Positions 8,643 through 16,198 of a stretch of 64,000 nt of DNA are shown piece after piece. The position numbers and the translations under genes were made by a program. Origin of the DNA: a virus. Taxonomy: Duplodnaviria > Caudoviricetes. Each line of letters starts with the position of its first letter. Position 1 is the first letter of the stretch. The stretch covers positions 1 to 64,000 of IMG/VR virus record IMGVR_UViG_2772190774_000001; one strand, written 5' to 3'. The notes below the pieces were generated by a model. That model searched no databases. It was given only the letters and a program-made list of their open reading frames with translations, and was not told the DNA's origin.

Positions 8643-9374
8643 TTGAGCACCCTGAAGGACGTTCTCGCCGCTTTCGTTGAGGCGGGAGTCCAGGCCGGAG
8701 ACCTCCACCGGGCACTGGACGCGGTTACTGAGGACCTGCGGCGTCAGGTGACGTACTTCGTGGAGCGGCACGGCTTCGTAAAGATCGGCACGACAAGCGA
8801 CCTAAGGTCGCGCATCGCAAGCTTGAACCGGGGTGACAGTGCGATCCCCGGGATGACCGTGTCGCCGGTCAATCTGTTGGCTGTGATGCCGGGCGGCCGG
8901 CCGGTAGAGCGGGCGATCCACCAGACCTTCGCGAAGCTCCGGTTCGATGGTGAGTGGTTCCTGTTCGACGAGCCGCTCGTCGGGTTCGTCCGCTCGGTGG
9001 CCGCTGCCGCAGAAGAGACCAACCCTGCGGTCCAGGACATCATCAACCGGGCGCACCGCGACGCTCAGGCCGCCGCGCGTGGCAGGACAACTCGGACGCA
9101 CATCCTCACCGATGTCCGCCAGATGTTCCGGGACGGCGAGAGACACCTGCCGTGGCATCTTCTCGCCGATCGCTTGTCGGAGGCCATCCCGAACGAGTAC
9201 GGCGGCATCACCCAGGAGGCGCTGAGCGCCGAGGTGCGCGCATTCAAGGTTCCGTCGGTCGACGGGAAGCGCGGCGGCGTCGTCCGGAAGGGCGTGAAGC
9301 GCCTCGACCTGGAGTCCGCAATTCAAAGACAGCAGGTGAGCGCGACCGAAGGAGAGTTTCAGTGCTTGAGCTGA
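8643..9374 (+). CDS. GIY-YIG (T5orf172-like) domain fused to TraB-type C-terminal wHTH domain
   Basis: GGAG RBS + TTG; TYFVERHGFVKIGTT..LRSR..VERAIH..F..LRFDGEWF; C-terminus aligns by eye with the TraB C-terminus. Confidence 0.75.
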   Translation: MSTLKDVLAAFVEAGVQAGDLHRALDAVTEDLRRQVTYFVERHGFVKIGTTSDLRSRIASLNRGDSAIPGMTVSPVNLLAVMPGGRPVERAIHQTFAKLRFDGEWFLFDEPLVGFVRSVAAAAEETNPAVQDIINRAHRDAQAAARGRTTRTHILTDVRQMFRDGERHLPWHLLADRLSEAIPNEYGGITQEALSAEVRAFKVPSVDGKRGGVVRKGVKRLDLESAIQRQQVSATEGEFQCLS

Positions 9375-9577
9375 TCGCCGTCGGAGCGATCTTCACCGCC
9401 GTCTATTTGATCTCTTGCTGGTTCCACCCCTACCGCGTGTGCAAGGCGTGCGAGGGGTCCGGCCGGAGCCTGTCCACCACCTTCAAAGGCGCATGGGGCG
9501 ACTGCCGGTCATGCAAGGGCACCGGCCGGAAGATCCGGTTCGGCGCGTACGTGCTCGGCCGGACCGGCGGAGCCTGA
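9362..9577 (+). CDS. Small membrane protein with DnaJ-type zinc finger
   Basis: TM helix; CKACEGSG and CRSCKGTG. Confidence 0.7.
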   Translation: MLELIAVGAIFTAVYLISCWFHPYRVCKACEGSGRSLSTTFKGAWGDCRSCKGTGRKIRFGAYVLGRTGGA

Positions 9578-9596
9578 CCCAGGAAGGAGCCCCGTG

Positions 9597-9707
9597 ATGG
9601 GCCTGATTAACGACCCGGAGATGTGCGTGGTGTGCGAGACCCGCAACTGCCAGCACCCCCGCCACCACGAGCCGCCGCAGGGCGGCACCCAGCAGACCGA
9701 GAACTGA
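9597..9707 (+). CDS. Mini protein (36 aa) with CxxC..C..H
   Basis: AAGGAG RBS; MGLINDPEMCVVCETRNCQH. Confidence 0.5.
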   Translation: MGLINDPEMCVVCETRNCQHPRHHEPPQGGTQQTEN

Positions 9708-9727
9708 CAACGAAGGAGGAACCCCTG

Positions 9728-9913
9728 ATGGGTCTGTTCAGCAAGGACGACGACAAGTACATCGTCGACATCGCCTCCGACCGCGGGAAGACGAAAAGCC
9801 CAACGGAGGCGCTCACCAGCGGACCGATCATGGTCCACGGCAAGGCCGACCTCAAGCGGCGGCAGGAGGAAGCGCGGAAGGCCGGTGTCGAGCTGACGGT
9901 CCGCAAGCTCTAG
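9728..9913 (+). CDS. Mini protein (61 aa)
   Basis: AAGGAGG RBS; MGLFSKDDDK. Confidence 0.65.
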   Translation: MGLFSKDDDKYIVDIASDRGKTKSPTEALTSGPIMVHGKADLKRRQEEARKAGVELTVRKL

Positions 9914-9946
9914 CGATTCGCTGACCCACCTCAACCCAACTCTTGT

Positions 9947-9978
9947 GCGTCCCGCCCGCGGCCAGGCGGACGGGACGC
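9947..9978 (+). repeat. Repeated intergenic hairpin, copy 1
   Basis: GCGTCCCGCCCGC-6nt-GCGGACGGGACGC. Confidence 0.65.
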
Positions 9979-10012
9979 CACCCCCTCAACCCAACGAAGG
10001 AGCACACCCATC

Positions 10013-10240
10013 ATGGGGCTTTTCAGCAGCAGGATGAGCGACGCCGAGCTGGCGAAGGCGAAGGGCCAGGCCCGCAGCGCCAACCGGGAGCAGCGCCTGG
10101 CCATGGACGCGATCAACAGCGGCAACACCCGCGCGGATCGCGCGCGGGCCCGGCAGGAGCTGGCGCGGTTGAAGGGCAGCGAGGCCGCCGCAGACAAGGC
10201 GATCAAGGCGACGGAGAAGAACGTCCGGTCCTGGTGGTAG
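10013..10240 (+). CDS. Mini helical protein (75 aa)
   Basis: AAGGAG RBS; MGLFSSR...RSWW. Confidence 0.65.
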   Translation: MGLFSSRMSDAELAKAKGQARSANREQRLAMDAINSGNTRADRARARQELARLKGSEAAADKAIKATEKNVRSWW

Positions 10241-10266
10241 TCCCCGCGACGACGAAGGAGATCGAC

Positions 10267-10437
10267 ATGGCGAAGAACAGCGTGAAGTGGTCGCCGGACC
10301 TCGGTGACTACGCGACCGGCAAGAAGGACCTCGCCCAGGTGCGGTGCGCCCTGTGCACAAAGGCGCCGTGCGAGTGCCCGGAGTTCGGCAGCGAGGCGTA
10401 CTTCAAGCTGCTCGACCGGCGTCACGGGAGGCGGTGA
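10267..10437 (+). CDS. Mini protein with CxxC..C.C (56 aa)
   Basis: AAGGAG RBS; CALCTKAPCEC. Confidence 0.65.
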   Translation: MAKNSVKWSPDLGDYATGKKDLAQVRCALCTKAPCECPEFGSEAYFKLLDRRHGRR

Positions 10438-10520
10438 GCGGTCGTTGCGGTTGCGCGACCACCCGCGGTGGTCGCGCTTCCGGAGCAGACCGCTCCCCCA
10501 CCTACGAGAAGGAGATCGAG

Positions 10521-10700
10521 ATGAGCGGCAAGACGACCCGTCAGGAGAGGGGCGTCATCGCCAGGTGGAACGACTCCTGGCTGCAGAGCGAGCGGAACGA
10601 CCGCGAAGAGCGCGTGAGGCTCGGCAAGGACACGGCCTATGACCGGGTCGTTCTCAAGGCCATCAAGGACGAGCAGGACGACCGCCGCAAGGGCCGCTGA
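10521..10700 (+). CDS. Mini charged protein (59 aa)
   Basis: AAGGAG RBS. Confidence 0.6.
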   Translation: MSGKTTRQERGVIARWNDSWLQSERNDREERVRLGKDTAYDRVVLKAIKDEQDDRRKGR

Positions 10701-10781
10701 CCGTTGCGGATCGCGCCCGGTATCCCCGGGCGCGTGTCCGGAGCAGTCAGCTCCACCACTCACTCCGACAAGGGAGAAACC

Positions 10782-11075
10782 ATGAACAAGCCCGAGCTCG
10801 CCACCGCCATCGCCGAGGCCCACAACCTGTCCAAGGCGACCGCCCTGGACATCGTCAACACCATGTGCGGCGCGATCGTCGCGGCGACCGCCGCCGGGGA
10901 CACCGTGGCCCTGCACGGCTTCGGCACCTTCGAGCGGGTCCACAAGCCCGCCCGCACGGCCCGCAACCCGCAGACCGGTGACCCGGTCGAGGTGGCGGCG
11001 AAGGACGTCCCGGTGTTCAAGCCGGCGGGGGCGTTCAAGACCGCTGTGAACGGCCGGGTGCCCGCCGACGCCTGA
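10782..11075 (+). CDS. hup: HU-family nucleoid-associated DNA-binding protein
   Basis: MNKPELATAIA...V.LHGFGTFERVHKPARTARNPQTG.PV.V.AK.VP.FKPA..FK signature. Confidence 0.95.
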   Translation: MNKPELATAIAEAHNLSKATALDIVNTMCGAIVAATAAGDTVALHGFGTFERVHKPARTARNPQTGDPVEVAAKDVPVFKPAGAFKTAVNGRVPADA

Positions 11076-11138
11076 TCCCCGTGTGGGCGGCCCGCCCCGG
11101 GGCCGCCCGCCCAACCCCAACCCGAAAGGAGCCCCGCC

Positions 11139-11285
11139 ATGGGCACGTACAGCTTCGGCACCTTCTACGTCGGACTCTGCCAGAGGTGCGGCGACCAGGT
11201 CTCAACCGTCCGCGACGACGACGGGGTACCGGCCGTCACTCGCAACTGCAAGAACGGGCACCCGACGGTGTGCCGCAAGAGCTGA
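11139..11285 (+). CDS. Mini zinc-ribbon-like protein (48 aa)
   Basis: AAAGGAG RBS; CQRCG...CKNGH. Confidence 0.55.
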   Translation: MGTYSFGTFYVGLCQRCGDQVSTVRDDDGVPAVTRNCKNGHPTVCRKS

Positions 11286-11371
11286 CCCCGGCCCTTGGTG
11301 TCCCGCCTCACCTTCCCCGGGGCGGGACACCACCCCCAACCCCACACCCACACAAGCGAGAGGAGCCCGAG

Positions 11372-11527
11372 ATGGGCAAGGACAAGTCGAAGAAGAAGCC
11401 GGTCGTCGTCACCAGCAAGGACGGCAAGTCTCAGGCGGTCTTCCACGGCAAGGTCGGCAAGACCATTGAGGCCAAGAAGATCAAGGGCGGCGTCCACCTG
11501 ACCCTCGACGAGAGCTTCTGGAAGTAG
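11372..11527 (+). CDS. Mini Lys-rich protein (51 aa)
   Basis: AGGAG RBS; MGKDKSKKKP. Confidence 0.6.
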   Translation: MGKDKSKKKPVVVTSKDGKSQAVFHGKVGKTIEAKKIKGGVHLTLDESFWK

Positions 11528-11532
11528 GCCCC

Positions 11533-11739
11533 GTGGGGTGGATATCCCCCCGCAAGGACGCCGAACACGCCAAGACCGTAGCCGAGCGCATGGCCCGCGA
11601 CTACGAGGAGCAGCTTGGCCGCCCCCTCACCCCGGACGAACTCCGCGAGGTCCACGAAGAGGCGGAGCGGACCGTCAAGAGCTGGGGCGAGCGAGCACGC
11701 GAGGCCGAACCGGATCCGCAGACAGACACAGACCGATGA
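11533..11739 (+). CDS. Mini protein (68 aa)
   Basis: In series with neighbours; ATGA overlap with next gene. Confidence 0.55.
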   Translation: MGWISPRKDAEHAKTVAERMARDYEEQLGRPLTPDELREVHEEAERTVKSWGERAREAEPDPQTDTDR

Positions 11740-11921
11740 AGGACGACCAAATGCTCAAGCCCGGGATGCCGAAGAAGAGCGAAGCCCAGCAGATCCTGCG
11801 AGACATCAAGACCAAGGCCGCGAAAGCGGCGAAGAGCGGGGACCGCCTGGCCGCCCGCCAGTACGAGGCCCACGCCGAGCTCATCACGGACAAACTCGGT
11901 CGCGGCGATTACGAGGACTGA
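11736..11921 (+). CDS. Mini helical protein (61 aa)
   Basis: ATGA coupling. Confidence 0.55.
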   Translation: MKDDQMLKPGMPKKSEAQQILRDIKTKAAKAAKSGDRLAARQYEAHAELITDKLGRGDYED

Positions 11922-11934
11922 CCCCCGCCCGTTC

Positions 11935-11964
11935 GCGTCCCGTCCGCCGCGGTGGGCGGGACGC
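11935..11964 (+). repeat. Repeated intergenic hairpin, copy 2
   Basis: GCGTCCCGTCC...GGGCGGGACGC. Confidence 0.65.
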
Positions 11965-12057
11965 CACCCCAGATCCAACCCAGCTTGAACCCAGTAGAGG
12001 CACATCCAACTTTCGGCCCGTTTAGTTGAACCTGACCCAGACCCAGAGGAGAACACC

Positions 12058-12525
12058 ATGACCGTCACCCACCCCGAGGTCGAGCACGAGGCCATCCACA
12101 GCTACTTCAGCCTGTCGTACGCCAACTACCTGGTCCTGCCCCGCACCCTGCTCCAGTCCATGCCCGACGAGTGGCAGACCCGCATGGTCGCCTGCCTCCG
12201 CGAGCTGGACGACGCGTTCCGCCACGTCCCCCAGGCCGAGGCGTACAAGGTGCAGCCCGCCCGCGAGCGCGAGGTCGGCGAGCTGACCGACGACGAGCTG
12301 CGCCAGGTCGGCTACTCCAAGAGCGGCGACGAGTGCGACTGCTACGCCGAGGTCACCGGTTCGGGTGAGGTCAGGTTCGTCCCGCCGACCTGCCCCCACG
12401 AGACGACCTACCGCGACGACAAGGGCAACGAGGTCAGCGCCGACCACATCGTGATGTGGCCGCTCGACCACGACCCGGTGCCGCACTACAACCGGGGCCG
12501 GACGTACATCAAGCCGAACCTGTGA
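12058..12525 (+). CDS. Hypothetical phage-type protein
   Basis: GAGGAG RBS; HSYFSLSYANYLVLPRTLLQSMPDEWQ; GC3 bias. Confidence 0.75.
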   Translation: MTVTHPEVEHEAIHSYFSLSYANYLVLPRTLLQSMPDEWQTRMVACLRELDDAFRHVPQAEAYKVQPAREREVGELTDDELRQVGYSKSGDECDCYAEVTGSGEVRFVPPTCPHETTYRDDKGNEVSADHIVMWPLDHDPVPHYNRGRTYIKPNL

Positions 12526-12538
12526 CCCCTACCCGTTC

Positions 12539-12570
12539 GCGTCCCGTCCGCTTAGTGGTGGGCGGGACGC
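12539..12570 (+). repeat. Repeated intergenic hairpin, copy 3
   Basis: GCGTCCCGTCC...GGGCGGGACGC. Confidence 0.65.
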
Positions 12571-12669
12571 CTCGTTTGGAGACCTGTTGGTGAAGTCACT
12601 TCACGAGCTTGTGGCAGGCGAACGGCTGGGCTATGAGAATGCCGATTCCCGCGACCAAGAAGGAGCACA

Positions 12670-13260
12670 ATGAGCCACCTGCTCGGCTACGCCAGGGTGA
12701 GCACCCCAGAACAAGACCTTGCGCTCCAGCTCGACGCGCTGGACGCGGCGGGCTGCTACAAGGTCTTCCGGGACATCGCGTCCGGCGCGAAGACCGCCCG
12801 CCCGGACCTGGACAACCTGCTCGACCAGATCCGCCCTGGGGACACCCTGGTCGTGTGGAAGCTCGACCGGCTCGGCCGCTCCATGCAGCACCTCATCGAC
12901 ACGGTGGAGATGCTCCGCGAGCGCGGGGTGCACTTCCGCAGCCTCACCGAGGGCATCGACACGAGCACCCCCACGGGGAAGCTGGTGTTCCACATCTTCG
13001 CGGCGCTGGCGGAGTTCGAGCGGGCCCGCATCATCGAGCGGACGGAGGCGGGCTTGGCCGCCGCCCGCGCTCGGGGCCGTCACGGTGGCCGGCGGAAGTC
13101 GCTGACGCAGCGGCAGGTGCTCACCCTGTACCGGATGTACGACTCGCGGGAGCACACGGTTGCGGAGATCGCGGAGACGTTGGGGACATCGAGGGCGACG
13201 GTGTACCGCGAGTTGGAGCTCCGGGAGTCTCAGAACTCGTCTGGTGCCGGGAAAGCGTGA
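12670..13260 (+). CDS. Small serine recombinase (resolvase/invertase family)
   Basis: LLGYARVST..QD...Q..AL; D.ASG....RP.L; LVVWKLDRLGRS; C-terminal HTH. Confidence 0.95.
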   Translation: MSHLLGYARVSTPEQDLALQLDALDAAGCYKVFRDIASGAKTARPDLDNLLDQIRPGDTLVVWKLDRLGRSMQHLIDTVEMLRERGVHFRSLTEGIDTSTPTGKLVFHIFAALAEFERARIIERTEAGLAAARARGRHGGRRKSLTQRQVLTLYRMYDSREHTVAEIAETLGTSRATVYRELELRESQNSSGAGKA

Positions 13261-13466
13261 CGTTGATTCCGGTCACGGGTTCCGTACGGGCTCCTTCACA
13301 GGATGGCCGACACCGGTGTCCGGGAGTCCGCAGCCGAGCGTTTTCGTACACGCGCGACACCCCGATAGCGCGGATTATCGATGCGCCGTACCGATCTTGT
13401 GTCGTGCTGGAGTTCCAACCTCTTTCATGATTCCTATTGTGTACACCATTGGCACTGTGTACTCTC

Positions 13467-13814
13467 ATGGTTGTGAGTGAGAACGAGATCGGCCTCCGGG
13501 AAGCCCGCACCCAGCTCGGCGAGATCGCCAACCGGGCGCACCTCACCGGACAGGTCACCTACCTCATGCGCAACGGCCGCAGGATCGCTGCCGTCGTCCC
13601 CGTCAACCGCGTTGCCAAGGAGCCCACGATGACCATCACCGTCACGGACCTCGCTCAGGAGCTCAACGTCTCCCGCGACGACGTGCTGGCCCTCGCCGAC
13701 CAGCTCACCACGCTCGACAGCTCCGAGGACGTGGTGGACTCCGAGGACCGGTTCGAGGTCACCCTGACCGCTGAGGCCGCCGCCGTCATCCGCGACCAGC
13801 TCCGTAACGCCTGA
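13467..13814 (+). CDS. Phd/YefM-like antitoxin domain with C-terminal extension
   Basis: IGLREARTQLGEIANRA....V.YL.RNGRRIAAVVP; start uncertain (ATG 13467 or GTG 13473). Confidence 0.75.
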   Translation: MVVSENEIGLREARTQLGEIANRAHLTGQVTYLMRNGRRIAAVVPVNRVAKEPTMTITVTDLAQELNVSRDDVLALADQLTTLDSSEDVVDSEDRFEVTLTAEAAAVIRDQLRNA

Positions 13815-13902
13815 TCAGGGCCCGCCAGTCCCCCGGCAGGCCAAGAGGAAGCACCAAGCGTAAGACCAGATCAGAACATCAACCGAGAGAAGGAGAACGA
13901 CA

Positions 13903-14040
13903 GTGAAGGTGATCAAGAGGCAGGTCCAGCAGTGCCCGAACTGCAAAGGCGTCGGCGGGCAGCAGGCGGTGAAGGACGGTCATTACATCGTCATCCCGTG
14001 CAGACCGTGTGACGGCAACGGCTGGGTCTACACGGGATGA
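13903..14040 (+). CDS. Mini DnaJ-type zinc-finger protein (45 aa)
   Basis: AAGGAG RBS; CPNCKGVG, CRPCDGNG. Confidence 0.6.
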   Translation: MKVIKRQVQQCPNCKGVGGQQAVKDGHYIVIPCRPCDGNGWVYTG

Positions 14041-14108
14041 CAATGGGGAGGGACTGCTCGTTCTGCGGCGGGTCTGGTCTGGTGCCCGCCTGGATCTACG
14101 AGAACTGA
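14037..14108 (+). CDS. Possible micro-protein with a single CxxCxGxG (23 aa)
   Basis: ATGA coupling; CSFCGGSG. Confidence 0.35.
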   Translation: MTMGRDCSFCGGSGLVPAWIYEN

Positions 14109-14114
14109 GGAACC

Positions 14115-14282
14115 ATGAGCATCGGATGGATCATCGCCATCGCCATCGTCAGCTTCGGACTCGGCTACTACGTGGCGACGGTCCGCGCGAACCGGAACTA
14201 CCTCCGCGACTACTGGGCGCGCGAGGTCGCCTCGCTGCCACCGGACCAGGTCTATCTCCTACCCGAGGACAGTCGAGAATGA
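14115..14282 (+). CDS. Mini membrane protein (55 aa)
   Basis: GAGG RBS; N-terminal TM helix. Confidence 0.6.
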   Translation: MSIGWIIAIAIVSFGLGYYVATVRANRNYLRDYWAREVASLPPDQVYLLPEDSRE

Positions 14283-14309
14283 TGATCTGAAGATGCCGGG
14301 ACGCGACGA

Positions 14310-14348
14310 AAGCGCCCCCACCCCGCACGACGCGGGATGGGGGCGCTT
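14310..14348. terminator. Bidirectional terminator at the junction of the + and - modules
   Basis: AAGCGCCCCCA/TGGGGGCGCTT stem between convergent genes. Confidence 0.7.
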
Positions 14349-14372
14349 CGCGTTGCCAGGACCTCGCGGCTG

Positions 14373-14672
14373 TCAGGAGACGCGCCGGAACGACACCGAC
14401 AGTCCCTTCCGATCGAGTTCGTGCTGGTACACCGCGTCGCAGCCGCCGCACTGCCTCGGGTCACCGTCGATGAAGAGGGTGACATCCCCGCACTCCTGGC
14501 ACTGCACGGATGAGAAACCGCAACTGTCGCAGTCGCCAGCCAGGACGACGGGGCTTTCGCCGTCTTCGCCTCGGTACTCGCTCAGGCGGACATCGCCGTG
14601 CTCACAGTTGTTCGCGGGGCAGGCGACGCGGGTCGGGTCGTCGAACGCGTCGTAGTCGGGGTCTTCGGTCAT
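14373..14672 (-). CDS. Cys-rich multi zinc-ribbon protein
   Basis: CPANNC, CDSC, CQEC, CGGC. Confidence 0.65.
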   Translation of the reverse strand: MTEDPDYDAFDDPTRVACPANNCEHGDVRLSEYRGEDGESPVVLAGDCDSCGFSSVQCQECGDVTLFIDGDPRQCGGCDAVYQHELDRKGLSVSFRRVS

Positions 14673-14709
14673 GGCCTCATCCTTACCAGGCTGCCTGGCT
14701 CCGCAGGGG

Positions 14710-14943
14710 CTACTTCTCCCTGGCGGCCTTCTTGAGTGCCATGTCCGCCGAGTGGCGGTTGTCCACGGTCTCCCAGAACGGGTGGCGGTGGAGGGCTTCG
14801 ACGGCGGCGAGGCGTTCCTGCCGGGCCGCTGCGAGCGCCTCGCGGTGCTCGTCCCCCACCAATAGCTCCTGCACCTTGGCGTCGGCCTGGTCGTAGGCGC
14901 GTTGCAGCGCGAGCAGGTCGTCTGGGATGTCGTAGTCGGCCAT
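14710..14943 (-). CDS. Hypothetical helical protein
   Basis: DIPDDLLALQRAY...HPFW; compact ORF. Confidence 0.7.
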   Translation of the reverse strand: MADYDIPDDLLALQRAYDQADAKVQELLVGDEHREALAAARQERLAAVEALHRHPFWETVDNRHSADMALKKAAREK

Positions 14944-15018
14944 CAGTCCCCCGGGTGGTTGGTGGTTCGGGGGTGATCCTACGGACCGGGTGGCGGGCCC
15001 CCACCGAGGGGAGTCACC

Positions 15019-15183
15019 ATGGCAGGCATGACGTTAAGCGCCGACGACCGCATGTACGACCTGCTCGTCCGCGTGGCCCGTGCGCAACGCCGGCGCAGGG
15101 ACTGGGGGCATGAGGAAAGCGCCGCCTCTCGCGCTGAGGACGGCGCTTCCGGTGGGACCGAGCAGGACCCGCGACGAGCATAA
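15019..15183 (+). CDS. Hypothetical protein (54 aa)
   Basis: GGGGAG RBS; divergent from 14943. Confidence 0.4.
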   Translation: MAGMTLSADDRMYDLLVRVARAQRRRRDWGHEESAASRAEDGASGGTEQDPRRA

Positions 15184-15255
15184 GTGGCAGCACCGACAAA
15201 ACGACGACGAGCGCCCGCCCCTCCCCGCTCGGGGGAAGGACGGGCGCTCACTCGT

Positions 15256-15340
15256 TGGGGTGCTCTCGGCGGGGACTCGAACCCCGCACCACGCGGCACC
15301 GGGGACAACCGCGCATCCTGCCGTTAGACGACGAGAGCAC
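15256..15340 (-). tRNA. Non-canonical tRNA-like element, isotype not assignable
   Basis: rc: GTGCTCTCG/CGAGAGCAC acceptor + C + CCA, D arm GTC-TAACGGCAG-GAT, stem CGCGG/CCGCG with 12-nt loop, T arm GCGGGG-TTCGAGT-CCCCGC. Confidence 0.6.
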
Positions 15341-15343
15341 GCA

Positions 15344-15676
15344 TCAGGCCGTGCCCTCCCCGCCCTCGGCCCGCTTCCGGCGGCTGCCCCGCCACGTTCG
15401 GACGATGACCAGCAGACGCCACGCCAGAACGACAGGCACACCAGAGAACGCCACCAGACGGGCGAAGACGAACCAGTCCCCCTCCGGGACGATCAGCCGC
15501 AGCGCCCACAAGTCCAGACACAGGGCGAACACGCCCTGGAACACGAACGTGTGCCGCCCCGCAGCGGTAACCCACCAGCGGGCCAGCACTCCCTGCGCGA
15601 TCACGCAGGCGGTGGCCAGCGCCGCCGAGGCCAGGATCAGGACAGTCCCAGCCATGTGCAGCATCAGCTCATCCAT
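15344..15676 (-). CDS. Phage membrane protein (holin-like/lysis accessory)
   Basis: Three TM segments; third gene of a trio typical of actinophage lysis regions. Confidence 0.6.
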   Translation of the reverse strand: MDELMLHMAGTVLILASAALATACVIAQGVLARWWVTAAGRHTFVFQGVFALCLDLWALRLIVPEGDWFVFARLVAFSGVPVVLAWRLLVIVRTWRGSRRKRAEGGEGTA

Positions 15677-15872
15677 GCCTGCCCCCGAAGGCTTCCTCGA
15701 ATATGGCTTGGAATCCGTTCTCCTCACGCAGCCGGCGAAGGATCGCGGCGAGGGATAACGCCCGCCTGGCGGACTCGCTGGCTCGCTGTGCCTCCTCTTC
15801 TGCGCGGCGTCTGGACGCCTCGGCTTCGCGTGCCGCCTGGTTCAGGTCGCGGCGGTCGTGCCCTCCGGTCAT
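15669..15872 (-). CDS. Small coiled-coil phage protein (lysis-region trio)
   Basis: LRRLREENGFQAIFEEAFGG C-terminus; overlaps both neighbours. Confidence 0.65.
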   Translation of the reverse strand: MTGGHDRRDLNQAAREAEASRRRAEEEAQRASESARRALSLAAILRRLREENGFQAIFEEAFGGRHG

Positions 15873-16198
15873 GGCGCCTCACTCTGCCCTGCCGCCGCTT
15901 TGATCTCCTTGAGGAGGGTCACCCCGATCTGGGTGCCCTCGGTGCTGGCGAGGAGGACGGCTCGTATCTCCTCGGCGTAGGCGCGGCGTGTCAGGTCGTG
16001 CGCCTCGTGCTCTGTTTCCCATAGACGCCGCCAGGCTTCGGCGTCTTCGTTCGCTTCTTTGACTCTGGCGTCCCTGTCGGCGCGGACGTCGTCCAGGGTG
16101 CTGCGGGGCACCAGGCGGCCCGTGTAGATCAGCCACCCGACCGCAAGGAGTACGACGACGGCGCCGCCTTGCACGATCGGCAACTGGGCGAGCTCCAC
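15869..16198 (-). CDS. TM + coiled-coil phage protein (lysis-region trio)
   Basis: GAVVVLLAVGWLIYTGRLVPRS...AEAWR. Confidence 0.7.
   Translation of the reverse strand: MELAQLPIVQGGAVVVLLAVGWLIYTGRLVPRSTLDDVRADRDARVKEANEDAEAWRRLWETEHEAHDLTRRAYAEEIRAVLLASTEGTQIGVTLLKEIKAAAGQSEAP

Larger units (their letters stand above)
1329..14282 (+). mobile_element. Actinomycete conjugative (AICE/plasmid-type) transfer and accessory region
   Basis: GntR-Xis-spd-traB-clt layout; no Rep or integrase seen in this part; boundaries approximate. Confidence 0.75.

Noticed and set aside
12670-13260. Tail-fibre invertase (Gin/Cin-type) switching system
   Set aside because: No inverted crossover sites or duplicated fibre ends seen; the gene is 8 kb from the tail genes
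15256-15340. Assigning the tRNA-like element as tRNA-Asp (TT-GTC at the loop start)
   Set aside because: The 12-nt loop leaves the anticodon register undefined, and the other arms do not look Asp-specific
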